A stretch of DNA of 63,413 nt, the filler included, from Perkinsus olseni (Eukaryota), in the NCBI GenBank assembly GCA_013115125.1. It is 46 parts of 46 records of this genome, joined end to end, with 100 filler letters (N's around TTAATTAATTAA, not from the genome) between each part and the next. Parts side by side here need not be neighbours in the genome. Positions count along the whole stretch, not along the records: positions 48,558 to 49,823 come from JABANN010001994.1; positions 49,924 to 51,189 come from JABANN010001995.1; positions 51,290 to 52,554 come from JABANN010001996.1; positions 52,655 to 53,915 come from JABANN010001997.1; positions 54,016 to 55,274 come from JABANN010001998.1; positions 55,375 to 56,632 come from JABANN010001999.1; positions 56,733 to 57,990 come from JABANN010002000.1; positions 58,091 to 59,347 come from JABANN010002001.1; 38 more parts are not named here. One strand, 5' to 3'. Positions 48,558-60,803 of this stretch are shown one piece after another. The notes below the pieces were generated by a model, which worked only from the letters and a program-made list of their open reading frames with translations, made no database searches and was not told the origin of the DNA. Positions within the stretch are counted from its first letter, which is position 1, and each line of letters begins with the position of its first letter. The translations under genes and the position numbers were made by a program.

Positions 48558-49435
48558 CTGGTTTCCCAGTGAGGGTAGTGAGCTTTCGCTCCTTCGCTTT
48601 CGAGGGAGTTACCTTAAGAAGGTCTAACGCTTTCTTAGATATTAAACTCACCGATGCTCCCGAGTCTGATAATTTTGACTTGCTGCTGGTCTCCAACTTG
48701 CCATTTCCCCTCGACTACACTCGAGAATCGGGCTCGCTTGGATCCAGACTGTCCTGACGCCTGATTCTTATCAGAAGCATCATAAATCCCAAGTGGAGCT
48801 TCTTCTTCTTCAGCTTCCACTGTCACATGGAATAGATTAGCTTCTTCAGCCGCCTGTCCCCTCCTCTTCGTACTCTTGGACGAGTCCACCTCATCCTCGA
48901 GTCCATCCTTTATCATTGACAAAAGATCTGGAACTGGAATCTTTCCATCCTTATAGATCCTTTTCATGATCTTACGTCGAGTTCGTGGGGCTTCAATAGT
49001 GAGCAGCAGGGACTCGGATGCTCTAGCTTTCACAGAGGACTTTTTCGCCTCAGGATAGAGTAGTGTGGTTAAGTTAACCAACCTATTCCATACCGCCCTA
49101 ACCTGATTAGGATCCTTTAGGCGGATAGATCTCAACTTATTGAGAACATCTCCTCCATCCAGAATTCTACAGGCAGCCTTCTTAGCTGATATCGCAAACT
49201 GATCCCACTCTATCGCTGACTCCTCTTCTACCGCCATTTCCTCCCGTAAGTCGGACGGGAAATATACTTTCACCGAAGAGATCGCAGCCTCATCCTTCTG
49301 TCCCTGGGCCTTACTCCAGTCATGGTATCTCTCCAGATCTGAAGGTAAGGTCTCCAACGACTTGAAGGAATCCATCAGTGGAAACTCCTGATTTGGGGGG
49401 AGCACCACATCGATCTGCTGAGATTCATTGGACAT
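48558..49435 (-). mobile_element. LTR retrotransposon Gag-like ORF followed by frameshifted protease remnant
   Basis: 266-aa helical ORF; DSGASVSLIS protease motif in adjacent frame; candidate LTR TGT...ACA at ~49497-49822. Confidence 0.6.
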
Positions 49436-49923
49436 TTAGGAGCAAATCAAAACTAACATAATTTAGTTGAGCTTTGACGATCCAATGGGCCTCACGTGTT
49501 TCGTCCACAACCACGAGGACTCATCAGTGGTCTTCTAGGGAAGGGAACCCTAAGGTCGACCAGACACTATGTTCAATAGCGCCACTCATAACTAGTATGC
49601 ATCTCACCGAACGTCACCAATCAACACAACACAGCATTAAGCTTGTCGAAGATAATTGTAGCACTATCGGATAAGGAAGCAACTAAATTATGTTGTACAC
49701 AAGGAGAATCATAGAGCTGGTTGACCAAACACAAGGTTTAGATCGTCACATTGGCCAAAGTTAACGAGAGCCGCGGCCACTCGACCTCCCATGTATCTAC
49801 CCGCTACTATCTATATCGTACAANNNNNNNNNNNNNNNNNNNNNNNNNNNNNNNNNNNNNNNNNNNNTTAATTAATTAANNNNNNNNNNNNNNNNNNNNN
49901 NNNNNNNNNNNNNNNNNNNNNNN

Positions 49924-50327
49924 CTATGGGTGCTGCCTGGGCGCTGGGCACGCATTACCGGAGCAACTGGATGGTGAAGGCCGCTGAAGTGACTTCGGTT
50001 ATACTATGGAACCTTGGAGTGTAGGTCGTTGCCTCTGGTCGTATCTTTCATGTCACCCTCAGGTTCATAACGTTATACCTTTCCTACGCTCCTGTTGAAG
50101 ATCTTCCTCTTGTTGGTCAATCATCTGGTACGGCCTTCTTCACCGTCGTCACCGTTGTTGGAGGGGCGACCATCGCCTTCACTAAGTCGGCCACGATGCT
50201 ACGCCTGAAGCCCTATAATAAGGAGGGTGTCCTAAAGCACGCCGGCATCTGCATGCAGTTTGGGTCTATGATTGGAGCTGCTTCCTGTGCATTGGTCGCT
50301 AATTTGGTGGAGCCCCCTGCTCACTGA
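49924..50327 (+). CDS. 3' end of SLC52 (riboflavin transporter)-like membrane protein; intron 50021-50062
   Basis: Splicing the 42-nt GT-AG intron keeps frame; PLVGQSSG...AFTK...AGICMQFGSMIGA resembles SLC52 C-terminal helices (recognised by eye). Confidence 0.55.
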
Positions 50328-51297
50328 TCGCCTCACGCTGCATCCGCGCACAGTTGGTGATGGCAGGCCGTACTGTCTATAAGGGTTACTGGAGTTCTTT
50401 CTCAAATTTACTACTAAAGCAGTGCTACTTGTTGTTCGTTGTTGTCAATAGGCTCATGAATCTTGAGGAGAGGCTTCAAGGCCCGCAGCCGGGGCCATCC
50501 GCAATAGTCTTTGTACGCTTTTTCTCCGGGTTTGAGTTGTTCTGCGAGCTACAGCCTGTAGTGTGAAGAGCTCACTATTATCCTTTGAGTTGCATTGCTT
50601 ACGATGAGCTCTGCCCCACGCCTCCCGCCAGACGGGATCATCCTGAAGCGCGTGGCCAGCGATGAGAAGCATGCCGCCTTGGAGAGGTACACGCATGAAA
50701 TGAGTGAGTGCAATTAGGCGTACACAATGACGAAACTAATAACACATTCAGAGATAGCAGCGATGGCTGCGTCATGGTTCGAGAATAAGAGCAAATACGA
50801 CTTCACAGACAACCAGAAGCGGAACGACGGTTTGTAATATCCCCTCATAGCTCTCTGCTTCATTATCTGCCCAACGCGGCGTATCTTTAGTATCGCAGAG
50901 GAGCTCCGCTGTGCTAACCACGAGTTGCTGCTCAGGAGAAGGCATAGGAGGGTAAGGCTGATGGACGGTCCATCATGGACCTCACGGGGGAGGCTCCCAC
51001 TCCTGCTGATGCCGGACCTGCTCCTGATGAGCCGGTAGAGTCCAAAGAAAATACTTTGGCAGAGGAGGCTGCAGGGCCAGACCTCCCCGTTGGCTATTCT
51101 ATTATTCGTTCTCAGAATTGAGAATTCGCATTTTTGGGCGCTCTTTGATGGATGAAATGAGCCGGATAAAATTGCGCTGGACAGAATGGNNNNNNNNNNN
51201 NNNNNNNNNNNNNNNNNNNNNNNNNNNNNNNNNTTAATTAATTAANNNNNNNNNNNNNNNNNNNNNNNNNNNNNNNNNNNNNNNNNNNNTCATCCCG

Positions 51298-51340
51298 CGA
51301 TGCGCTCCAGGCTGGAGCAGCACCAGCCTGGAGCGCATCG
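51298..51340. repeat. Perfect inverted repeat, 18-bp arms, 7-nt loop
   Basis: CGATGCGCTCCAGGCTGG-AGCAGCA-CCAGCCTGGAGCGCATCG. Confidence 0.93.
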
Positions 51341-52443
51341 GTCGTCACACGAGCTTTGTCTTAAACGTGAAGATTAGCAGATATTGCACAAAAGCGTGAT
51401 CGATATATTGAGCCGCATACTCAACGATAATTCGACATATCGTCCAGTACAGATGATGCAGATCCCAGAGGCCGTCACCAGTCAGGCCTGTTGCCAACAG
51501 GCTGTTGGAGACACAGACTATGCGTTAGAGATGACTTAGACGAGGAAAGTGTTGATTTGTGTTTGATCAATTTACGGGAGTCTCTCATTGATAGACAGTC
51601 GGACGAACTAACAGTACGGTCCATTCGGTATGACTAGGTGAAAGACTCTCACCGCATCCATCCTCACACTCAAAAACAAGAACCGAAATAGTGAAAAACC
51701 AACTGATCCATATGGGGTGATGACAGGCTACAGCGATTGTTAACTCCCCTCGATTGGTGAAAAAATACGAGAACTCATAATCGGCACATTTATAATTCGC
51801 TCCCTCCAGTCGAACTTGCATAAAGCTCTCCATTAGAAATGAGTTTGCCGCTTAGCCAGTCGAACTCCTGGTTATCTCGGTACAGCTTGCCACACATGCT
51901 CGGGTCATAATCGACCTCGGTAGCCAACCAGGCCACGACTCGAGCGCCCACCTCGGCACTGCGACGGCCCCTGTGCCTGAAAATTGACAGTAATGGCTAC
52001 ACAGGAGCGGCCCCACTTCAGTGATTCTGCATCGCCTAAGACGAAAGAACTCGATCGTTGGACCCAGCGACGCTAGGAGACATGCGGCTTAGCCGCACGT
52101 TTCCTGATGTGTGGAAGGCTCATGTCGAACATGAGCCTTTCGCTGTACTTTTCAATCTCGATGATTGACATGAGTAGCATGTCAGCCACAGCAACTAAGG
52201 TCTTGTCGCGTCGCACGGTGGAGCTCAAATTTAGAGTGCACCAAGAAAAACGATTATAGATAGGTATGTGTAGGACTCACAGTGTGAGTCTCACACACAG
52301 AATTCCAAGGCCATATTCGCATGCTGTGGCTCGCACTATCCGCCAGCAGTTCAACACGTGATATTGGTACTTTAGTGGCGTGTGCACGGGACCGACAAAT
52401 AGAATTGCGAAATGTCGAAAATGACGCCGGCAGAAGTACCTCA

Positions 52444-52474
52444 AGAGGGCACTTGGGAGTCCCAAGTGCCCTCT
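52444..52474. repeat. Perfect palindrome, 15-bp arms, 1-nt centre
   Basis: AGAGGGCACTTGGGA-G-TCCCAAGTGCCCTCT. Confidence 0.93.
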
Positions 52475-52654
52475 CGAGGAACTTCTGTCCCAAGTTGGGA
52501 CACATTATGTTTTGGCGCCACCGTACGTCGTTCCTGAAGGACTCACTCGCTCATNNNNNNNNNNNNNNNNNNNNNNNNNNNNNNNNNNNNNNNNNNNNTT
52601 AATTAATTAANNNNNNNNNNNNNNNNNNNNNNNNNNNNNNNNNNNNNNNNNNNN

Positions 52655-53915
52655 CCTCCTTAAGCAATGAAGGAGAGAACAGCCCAATGTCGTGCTTGAT
52701 GATCAATGGACGAGTCCGTCTCGAACAGATGTCACAGCCTTGCATGATTGCCGATGCCTCATCCAACATACGCGGGAACCACCCACGGGACGACACCAAC
52801 TCGAGAGTACGCCGTTGGCCCGCATGGCATAATATGCCATGTATGGAATGGACGAACTCATGCTTCAGCGCATCGGGAATCACCGGAACAGTGACCTCCT
52901 TACCAACATAAGGCGGAACATACGTTCTTACTATCATATCGTAGTCATCAATCTCGAGCTGAGGTCGGACCTGCTGCAAATCCAACGATACCTTCTCAGG
53001 CAGAAGACGGTCCTGCTTGATGCTACGCCGGACAATGTAGAGCTCTTCATCATCGTACTGAGCCTCGATGACCAACGCCGTGTTCAACACAAGATCGTCA
53101 TCCACTATCGGCTGCTCCGACACACCGCCGGCCACCTTAGCAGTATCAACTTCACCACCAAGTTGTCCCTCGATGTCGAGATCATCATCAGCATTTCGAC
53201 CCAGTGCCTCATACAGGCTAAGGAACTTCTCCTCAACCCTACTCAGAATATCACTAGGGTTCTTAGTCGTCTCGACACGATGAACCTGAAGACTGTCGAA
53301 AGTCTCGGCAGTATCAAATATGGCCTGTAAGCGGCGTCCAACAACCGTCGCAGATAGTCCACCTCGCTTGACACTAGCGCCCCCTAGGAACTTGGAGATC
53401 CAGTTCCTCACACACTCATTGTCAACATACAAACGAATAGTGCCGCAGACATAAGGTGCCGCCCATATCAGTGCTTTAGCTGCCGCACATAATTCATTAA
53501 TATTGATATGGCGCAACATCTCTCGACGACTGAGCAACCAACACGCATCCCGGACCTGGATGACTTTACCCTGGGAATCTTCGTATGACAGTGTGGCTCC
53601 CATGGCCACTCCACTCGCGTCCGAGTGCAGGTGCCAACACACCGCATCACCAGGCTTGGGACAATACCACTTACCCATAGCCGGATCCCCCTCTTGGCGG
53701 AGCTTCTCATCAATATACCAGGCCAATTCCATGGTACAGAGGTCGACTTCTCTGTCCCACTCAAGGTCACTCATGGCCCTCAACAACATACCAATGTGCG
53801 GCCTCAGCCATGATGCTATGGGCACAAACCCAGTCAAGCGACCACACCAGCCTGCCAGCTCCCGCCTTGTTGGTAGCTCGTCATCATCATAATCATATTC
53901 GAGCGATATTTCTTG
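52655..53915 (-). mobile_element. Ty3/Gypsy-like pol fragment (RNase H, integrase HHCC), same lineage as 23759-25043
   Basis: PIASWLR, EGDPAMGKW, HSDAS, HININEL, YVDN, NPSDILSR, HGILCHAG...WFPRM...CDIC. Confidence 0.88.
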
Positions 53916-54259
53916 NNNNNNNNNNNNNNNNNNNNNNNNNNNNNNNNNNNNNNNNNNNNTTAATTAATTAANNNNNNNNNNNNNNNNNNNNNNNNNNNNN
54001 NNNNNNNNNNNNNNNACCAGCTGCCTAAACAGCAGCCTGTTGGTCTGGCAATGCTTCTCGCTGTTCGGGCCAGAATCGCCCCGATGGTTCGGCGGGGGTA
54101 AGATGGCCTGCCGACTCGGCAGTGCCCAGCCATCGCGCGGTATGTAATGGTACACCTTTGCCTCCGAAATTTCGACGAGGGAAATGTGAAACGGTAAAAA
54201 ATAGGGTTTTTGTTATTCAGCTCTGCCGAGCAGAATGTTCCGTTACAAGCGTATCTATC

Positions 54260-54391
54260 TTTGATATCATCACCGACTTCGAGGCAGCAATGCGGAATGC
54301 GTTAGTGTAGATGTACGGGGTTGACAGGGAGAGACTCAACGGCTGCTTGTTACATCTCTGCTGGTCGCGGATGCGCAAGATACACGAAGAG
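54260..54391 (+). pseudogene. Degenerate MULE transposase remnant
   Basis: IITDFEAAMRNAL, in-frame TAG, then GCLLHL...RKI. Confidence 0.65.
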
Positions 54392-55374
54392 ATGGCAGCA
54401 GATTACAGGGCGCCAAATCCGATGTCACAGGACTAACTTAGTCCGACTAAGGAGGTTACGTGGCTCTGTTATACGATTGTTCCCATAGGGATGCATTGTT
54501 CAATTGAGAGAGCTGCACCGAGGGCATAGAAGCCATTTTGAAGTTGTATGTGAGCAGGACTGCATCCTATCGAAATTACCAAGGAGGTACCTCTTCAGCG
54601 AGACCTCGATTGTTGGCCCCGGAAGTGGAACTAAAACTGTGAATTGAACCTGTCGGACTTTTTCTCGAGCCCGCAAGAGGCATTTGTTCTCCGTGCTCGT
54701 TGCGTTTGATATACTTTTGCATTTGTTGAACTCACCCGGTACGGTGAAGCAAATCCAATCCTCGGCATGGGTCTCACGGGCAGGTTGTAATTATCTGCTC
54801 ACTACAAGCCTTGCTTTCTTAGGCTCGCAACATGCTCGGGCGTGGCAGTCGACGACTGCCAGTCGTCTAACGGTTCTTGAAGGTTCAGTACGTGCTCCTG
54901 GATTTGGAGTCAACATTATATTAGTGGTAACAGAATCGTATCTCGCGGTTCATTTCGGGTTTTCAGGCGTGGGGCCTTTAGGTAAGTCCTGGCTGCTCCT
55001 GTCAGGTGTCTTGCTCAAACGCAAAAAACATAGTAACAGCTCGGTGATGAGCCTCATCAGATGAGGGCCTCATCGTGAGGCTTTCCAGGAGAGCCTCTCT
55101 TCCTCCATTCAAATCCCAGGCATACAGCAGCTATATTGTGGCTGCCTGCCAGGCAGTGCCTGGAACTCAATCAGGGTTGCCGTGATGAGCTCGCTTGCAC
55201 TCCGACGAGGGCCCTCGAAAGCTTTCTGGTCCAATCCCTAGTCTAGGGATCACGAGGGATTCGCAGGGGGACGGNNNNNNNNNNNNNNNNNNNNNNNNNN
55301 NNNNNNNNNNNNNNNNNNTTAATTAATTAANNNNNNNNNNNNNNNNNNNNNNNNNNNNNNNNNNNNNNNNNNNN

Positions 55375-56459
55375 GAGCCCCTGTGGGGCCGTGCTGTGAA
55401 AGTCGTCCACGTAGGAGAGTATCACTAGGAGCAACCAGTACCAGAGGATGGCGCATATGCCTTTGGCCACCCTGGTGTAGTGTAGGCAGCTGGCTTTGCT
55501 TCCGAAGGGTAATGAGTGGTGTATGTAGTACACTAGGTCGGCTCGGTCTGGGTGGTATATGCCAACAACTGCGACGTCATAGTCGTCGGGGTTGATTGGG
55601 CACTGGCGGTAGGCGCTCTGGTGGTCTCCTTTGAAGAGGCGGTATTGCCTATGGCGTCCCTTGGCCTTGTCGTTGTCCTTCTGTTGTTGAAGTAAGTCCA
55701 AGGCGCTATCCACGGTGTCTAGCACTATCCGTTCTCCGATGCGGGTAAGGCCGTTGACCCTCGAGATGGTGAGGTCGTCTATCTGTCTCGTCTTATCGCT
55801 CTCCACCTTCCCAAATCGGGGGGAGAAAACCCATCTTCCGTTGAAGCGCTTGTTGAGGTCTGCTTCTGTGTAGGGTCCTTCTAGCCTTTTGGCTCGCTCC
55901 TCGTTCTCGGCCTGCGTCCATAAAGTTTTCACGATGTCTGGCGTTGGTCTTCTTGAGGCCTGCTTCATTAGGTCTCGGATGGACTCGGCTTGGTTCAGGA
56001 GCTCGTGCTTGGGGTGGCTGGCTTGTCTTCTTTGGGTGGGTAGAGTCCGTTGGAGCTTAGATCGCCGGTGAGGCGGAACCCCGCGACCAGCTCGTGACAT
56101 AGGCTGTGATCTGGATGGTTCGCCTCCCGGAGCAGTAGGTCCAGGGCTCCAAGGTTCAAGTGTTCGATTAGTGCTCTCACCTCGGGAGGGGACCGGGCCT
56201 TGAGCTCGGCGTCCCGTGCTTTGGCGTCCTTGGAGTTGGCGATGTCCCGGATGCGCTGTAGCTGTCCGGCTCTCCACGCTGCCAGTTTGTCGCCATGAGT
56301 CTCGGCTGCTGTGAGGGTCTGTGAGATCCGCGCATCTCTTGGAAGAGTCTTCGGGTTCTTGGCCGCGTTGTGTAGATGTGCGACTTGAGGTGGTGTTGCT
56401 GGGCTGGGCGCCGTGCTATCGTCTACTTCCCCGCCTCTTGGGTTGGAGGACTCCGTCAT
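55375..56459 (-). mobile_element. DIRS/Ngaro-type reverse transcriptase, frameshifted near 56000-56040
   Basis: GFRLTG in one frame; EGPY, PRFG, RQIDD, DHQSAYRQCP, LPFG, YVDDF in the other. Confidence 0.85.
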
Positions 56460-56563
56460 CTGTGGTTTCGACGGCGGGGATGCGGGGCCACCGCATAACC
56501 GTCAATTGCCACCCGTCCGCATGGGCCCTTGGCTGCTGGGGTACTTCCCTGCCGCTCGGTTGC

Positions 56564-56632
<69 letters not shown>
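56564..56632. repeat. (TGT)n microsatellite at contig end
   Basis: Perfect trinucleotide run. Confidence 0.97.
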
Positions 56633-57209
56633 NNNNNNNNNNNNNNNNNNNNNNNNNNNNNNNNNNNNNNNNNNNNTTAATTAATTAANNNNNNNNNNNN
56701 NNNNNNNNNNNNNNNNNNNNNNNNNNNNNNNNCAGGCGAGCGCTTGCTTCGTCTCCGTATTTGCACCACTCTACACTGCGCGGGCTTCGTGTAGTTCGTC
56801 AAACAGAGTTAAAAGGTTCGACAAGATTTTTGTCCATGCTCGCGCACGTTAGCGCCGGGCCTGAACAACTTCAGGCTCCATTGGTCGGAATTCTTGATGC
56901 CATATCTAACCTTACAACTATCAACTCAGTGCCTGGCTTATCATATCACAACAGACACATGTTCACACCATATCACGCAGCACGTGCTCACACTACCGTC
57001 AAAAGAGATTCATATAACGCATAGAAATGATCAAACAACGTAGAAATACACCAACATGACAGATAACCATGAAAACAGGTGAATCGCATAATAATGATAG
57101 TAAAATCATAAATAATCGTGAGTGGCAGATTAAGTATAATCATCCTCGCACCGTGCTCGGGATGACTTTCATTCCCGCAGAAACTGATCCTTCGCTGGCC
57201 AAGTAAACC

Positions 57210-57896
57210 TCAGTCTCGATGGGACACCTTTTTACTTGCTCTGCGTACGATGCTTCGGAAGCCATTCTGCCATCTCGACAGCCGCGGGAGCCCCTCAGTG
57301 GCATGCTTACGATCCCAATCTTTCATATTATGCCTACCGAACGTGGGGTGGAAATATGAATCCCATTGTTTATCTGATTCAACGATCTCCGAATGTTCGA
57401 GAATGAACTCGTAACGCATGAGCCGGACAGCTGGGTTCTCGGCAATCACCGAGAGCACGCGACCTAATCCAAAGTAGGTGATTTTGGTCATCGTCTCGGT
57501 TGCATTGTTCAACTGCGTCGCGATCACGCGTTCGATTCTACCGTCCTCTACATCCAACTGGAGCCCCATAGAACCTGCTCTTTTGCCATATTACGTGCCG
57601 TCCTCGATCTCGGTGTAATTAGGTTGAGTATAATATGGGTCCAAGCTGTTGCTTTTGCAGAACTCATTGACTGCAGCAGCAACTTCTGGATCATAAAGGT
57701 CGATGGAGGTGAAGCAATCTCGTCTCTTGTCGGCTATCAACGATGCTGAATGTCTCGTCTGCTCCTTCGTCTCATGCTTGACACGAGTTATCGTCGCAAA
57801 TCGGACAGGGAATACGTCGGCGTAATTGGCATACTGAGTCGCTGGTATGCATTGATACCCGTTGTCCGTCACGGTAGCTGGCCCAATACCCAGCAC
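57210..57896 (-). pseudogene. Hypothetical lineage-specific gene with one in-frame stop
   Basis: ORFs 57591-57896 and 57210-57569 share a frame, separated by TAA. Confidence 0.4.
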
Positions 57897-58090
57897 AGCG
57901 CCCCTTTCTTTGGGTTCGATATAAACCCTTCCACAAAATTATATCACATCGCGTTTTTTCCTCATTTCTTCCAATTTATTGCGATTGGGGNNNNNNNNNN
58001 NNNNNNNNNNNNNNNNNNNNNNNNNNNNNNNNNNTTAATTAATTAANNNNNNNNNNNNNNNNNNNNNNNNNNNNNNNNNNNNNNNNNNNN

Positions 58091-59347
58091 TCACGCTTAA
58101 ACTGAAAGCAGATCTTACTAGCCGCATTGCTAGAAGCCCGAGCCGTAGTTGGAGTAGGGGTAGGGTCAGTGGTGGCCACCTGGTGGATGGTAATAGCCCT
58201 AGAAGGAGATGATGTAACAATCGACCGCATCTTTTCCCGCTGAGTTAACGAACTGACCAGAGTAGCATAAGTAGGTTTCTGACCAGCCAACCTATCCAAA
58301 GCAACGTCCCGGACCTCCGGGAGCAGACCACATAATAGATTGGTAGCCTTCGACTCGTCATCCAGATGCTCCTTACCAAAGGCTTCAACATTGCTAACCA
58401 GCTCCTTGAACCGTCGAACGAACGCCGTAACGGACTCGTTCTTACCTTGGCGGCAAGACTGCAATTCTTGCAACGCCTGGAGCCTACAAACCGATATAGA
58501 AATGCCCTTGCACAAACCTTGCAGAGCAACCACCATACGCCTGACTTCCTTCACCCACTCCAAAGAAGAGGAGCCAGAAGGGAGTCTCGGCTTGACATCT
58601 ACCACCACAGACTCGGCCAAGTTGTTGACCAAGGTAAAATACAGCGCAGGCGGATCCAACAATAGCCCACGAGACACAGCCATGGTCTTGAACTTCCTGA
58701 ACCATACTGGAAACGGTCTAGGGTCTTCAACACCAAGAAAAGGAGAGTCGCCAACAATCCACGACTTCTCAGAGGCTTCTCGACGGGCACTGGATCGATC
58801 CTTACGCTCAACTGTATACTCCGCAGTTGAATCCAAAGGAGGCCATCCACCCAAATCTTCCGGAGCACCTTGAGCAACTTCCTTCTCGTCCAGGGCCATC
58901 TCATCTTCGGGCTTCACTACCGACCGGGCCACAATCTCGGACCCTGGGGAAGAAGCCAGAACCTTCGGAGCAACATAGTCCAACTGCGCGGTCAACGTGT
59001 CCAACCGAGCTTGAAGTGTAGCACCACTCTTCAAAGCCTCCACGTTCTGACACCAAGGGGAGAAGTAGTCCTTCACCAAGTCTCGTCGATAGTTGCTAAG
59101 CTCTCGACGAGAGACACCTGCCTCCTCATTCCTAGCCATCAGAGTACCAAAGAGTAGGAACATGTTATGAGCCTTCATTTCGAGCGGATCATCACTTGAA
59201 AGAACACGGCTAACAGCGTCCTTATAACTCTCGGGAGTAAGAACCCCTTCCCCCAAGGACTGCAACTGAGTAGCCGATATCTCAGGAGTGAGATGAGGAT
59301 AGCCAAGCCACGAAATCAGAATCTTATCAATAGGCCCCGCCTGTCCC
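58091..59347 (-). mobile_element. LTR retrotransposon Gag (Retrotrans_gag-like), partial
   Basis: CRQGKNESVTAFVRRFKELV motif, LLCGL; ends KICFQFKR (start of a CCCH-like finger). Confidence 0.82.
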
Positions 59348-59884
59348 NNNNNNNNNNNNNNNNNNNNNNNNNNNNNNNNNNNNNNNNNNNNTTAATTAAT
59401 TAANNNNNNNNNNNNNNNNNNNNNNNNNNNNNNNNNNNNNNNNNNNNTTCATAGATTCTACACAGCGATACAGCACCGATCATCGGTACGCATACCTGTC
59501 GAGCTCATGCTTACTCCCGCCTACTCGCATAGTTCCCGCGTTCTTGGTGGATGTCTTTCCTGACCCACACAACCCGTTTGCGCGCAGGGGGAGGGGCCCC
59601 GGGCGCGCGCTAAAATACATCCCTATAATACACAGCGAATTTGTCCGTTTCGAAGCCGATTTTGCGAAAAAGCCACATAACTCCCTCTGAAACTTTGCAT
59701 GCGGGTAGATATGGGTCTGGAAAGGCCAGGTATGGTCTCAGAATTTCAGTTTATAAATTAGTTGACGAGAAATTAACGATTCAAAGTACGAGAATTTAGC
59801 TAAAATGAATTTTCGTGCGAAAACGCGCCCTAAAATAGCTGTCGCCGAGCTATCGGGGACAACAGAGCACTCAAGATGACAAGA

Positions 59885-59956
59885 GTAAGATTAGTCGAAC
59901 ACGGCGAGCGGTCGACTGGTAAGCAGGAGGGCACGGGTTCGATTCCTGGTACCAAC
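59885..59956 (+). ncRNA. tRNA-derived putative Pol III module C (loop CT-GGT-AA)
   Basis: TAGTCGAACACGG, GGGTTCGATTCC, T4 at 59958-59961. Confidence 0.6.
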
Positions 59957-60144
59957 ATTTTACAGAAAGCCGCACCTGGACTCCGAGGCTGGCGACGCTA
60001 GCAGCTAGGGTGCCGCCCGAGCTAGAAAAGCTAGTACGGTAGCCAAAACGCTAACAAGCTAACTGAAACGCTAACAGCCACCCGTGGTCGGAAAATGTTT
60101 GGCGTCGACTTGTCCGGGGCAACACAGTGATATCAATATCAAGA

Positions 60145-60216
60145 CTAGGTTTAGTCTAACAGGGCGAGCGGTTGACTAGTAAGCAGGAGGTCGCGAGTTC
60201 GACCCCAAGTACAATC
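60145..60216 (+). ncRNA. tRNA-derived putative Pol III module D (loop CT-AGT-AA, tRNA-Thr-like)
   Basis: TAGTCTAACAGG, CTAGTAAGCAGGAGGTC, GAGTTCGACCCC, T4 at 60218-60221. Confidence 0.6.
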
Positions 60217-60803
60217 ATTTTAACGAAATGCGTCTTCTGACTCCGAGAGTAGCGTCGCTAGCGGCGAGGGAGGTCATCCAAGCTCTTTAAGCTAGTACGC
60301 TAGCCACAACGCTAGCAGCTAGTGGGCCGACCGTGCTGGGGTCCCCGCGATGCGGGGCAGCACGGGAGGCCCAGCCGAAGGCGCACGACCTCTGTCAAGT
60401 CACCGCTGTGTCTCCACGCCCCATCCGGGCTGAGGATGCACCTACAAAGTAGCACGCGAGCTAGGCGAGGGGTAGAGAGCCCGACTTGACACCGGAAGGT
60501 CGCAGCCCGATCCGGGCTGAGAACGCACGTAGAAGTATCAAGCGAGCAGGGCGAGCGAAAAAACCTCCAGTTTTTATACCGAAAGGTCGCAGGACTCGCA
60601 CACCCCGAAGGGGTTCGTTTCGCACAGCCGCTAGGTGGATGGCTTTTCCTGCCGCTCAAATCCCTCCGCGCGCAGGGGGAGGGGCCCCGGGCGCGCGCTA
60701 CAGNNNNNNNNNNNNNNNNNNNNNNNNNNNNNNNNNNNNNNNNNNNNTTAATTAATTAANNNNNNNNNNNNNNNNNNNNNNNNNNNNNNNNNNNNNNNNN
60801 NNN

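Larger units (their letters stand above)
59581..60703. repeat. Second diverged copy of the ~1.08-kb tandem unit, reverse orientation, period 1088 bp
   Basis: CGCGCAGGGGGAGGGGCCCCGGGCGCGCGCTA at 59581 and 60669; collinear with 33511-34725. Confidence 0.9.

Noticed and set aside
58245-59157. Many overlapping antisense ORFs over Gag, and similar shadows over other long ORFs
   Set aside because: Shadow frames with no motifs
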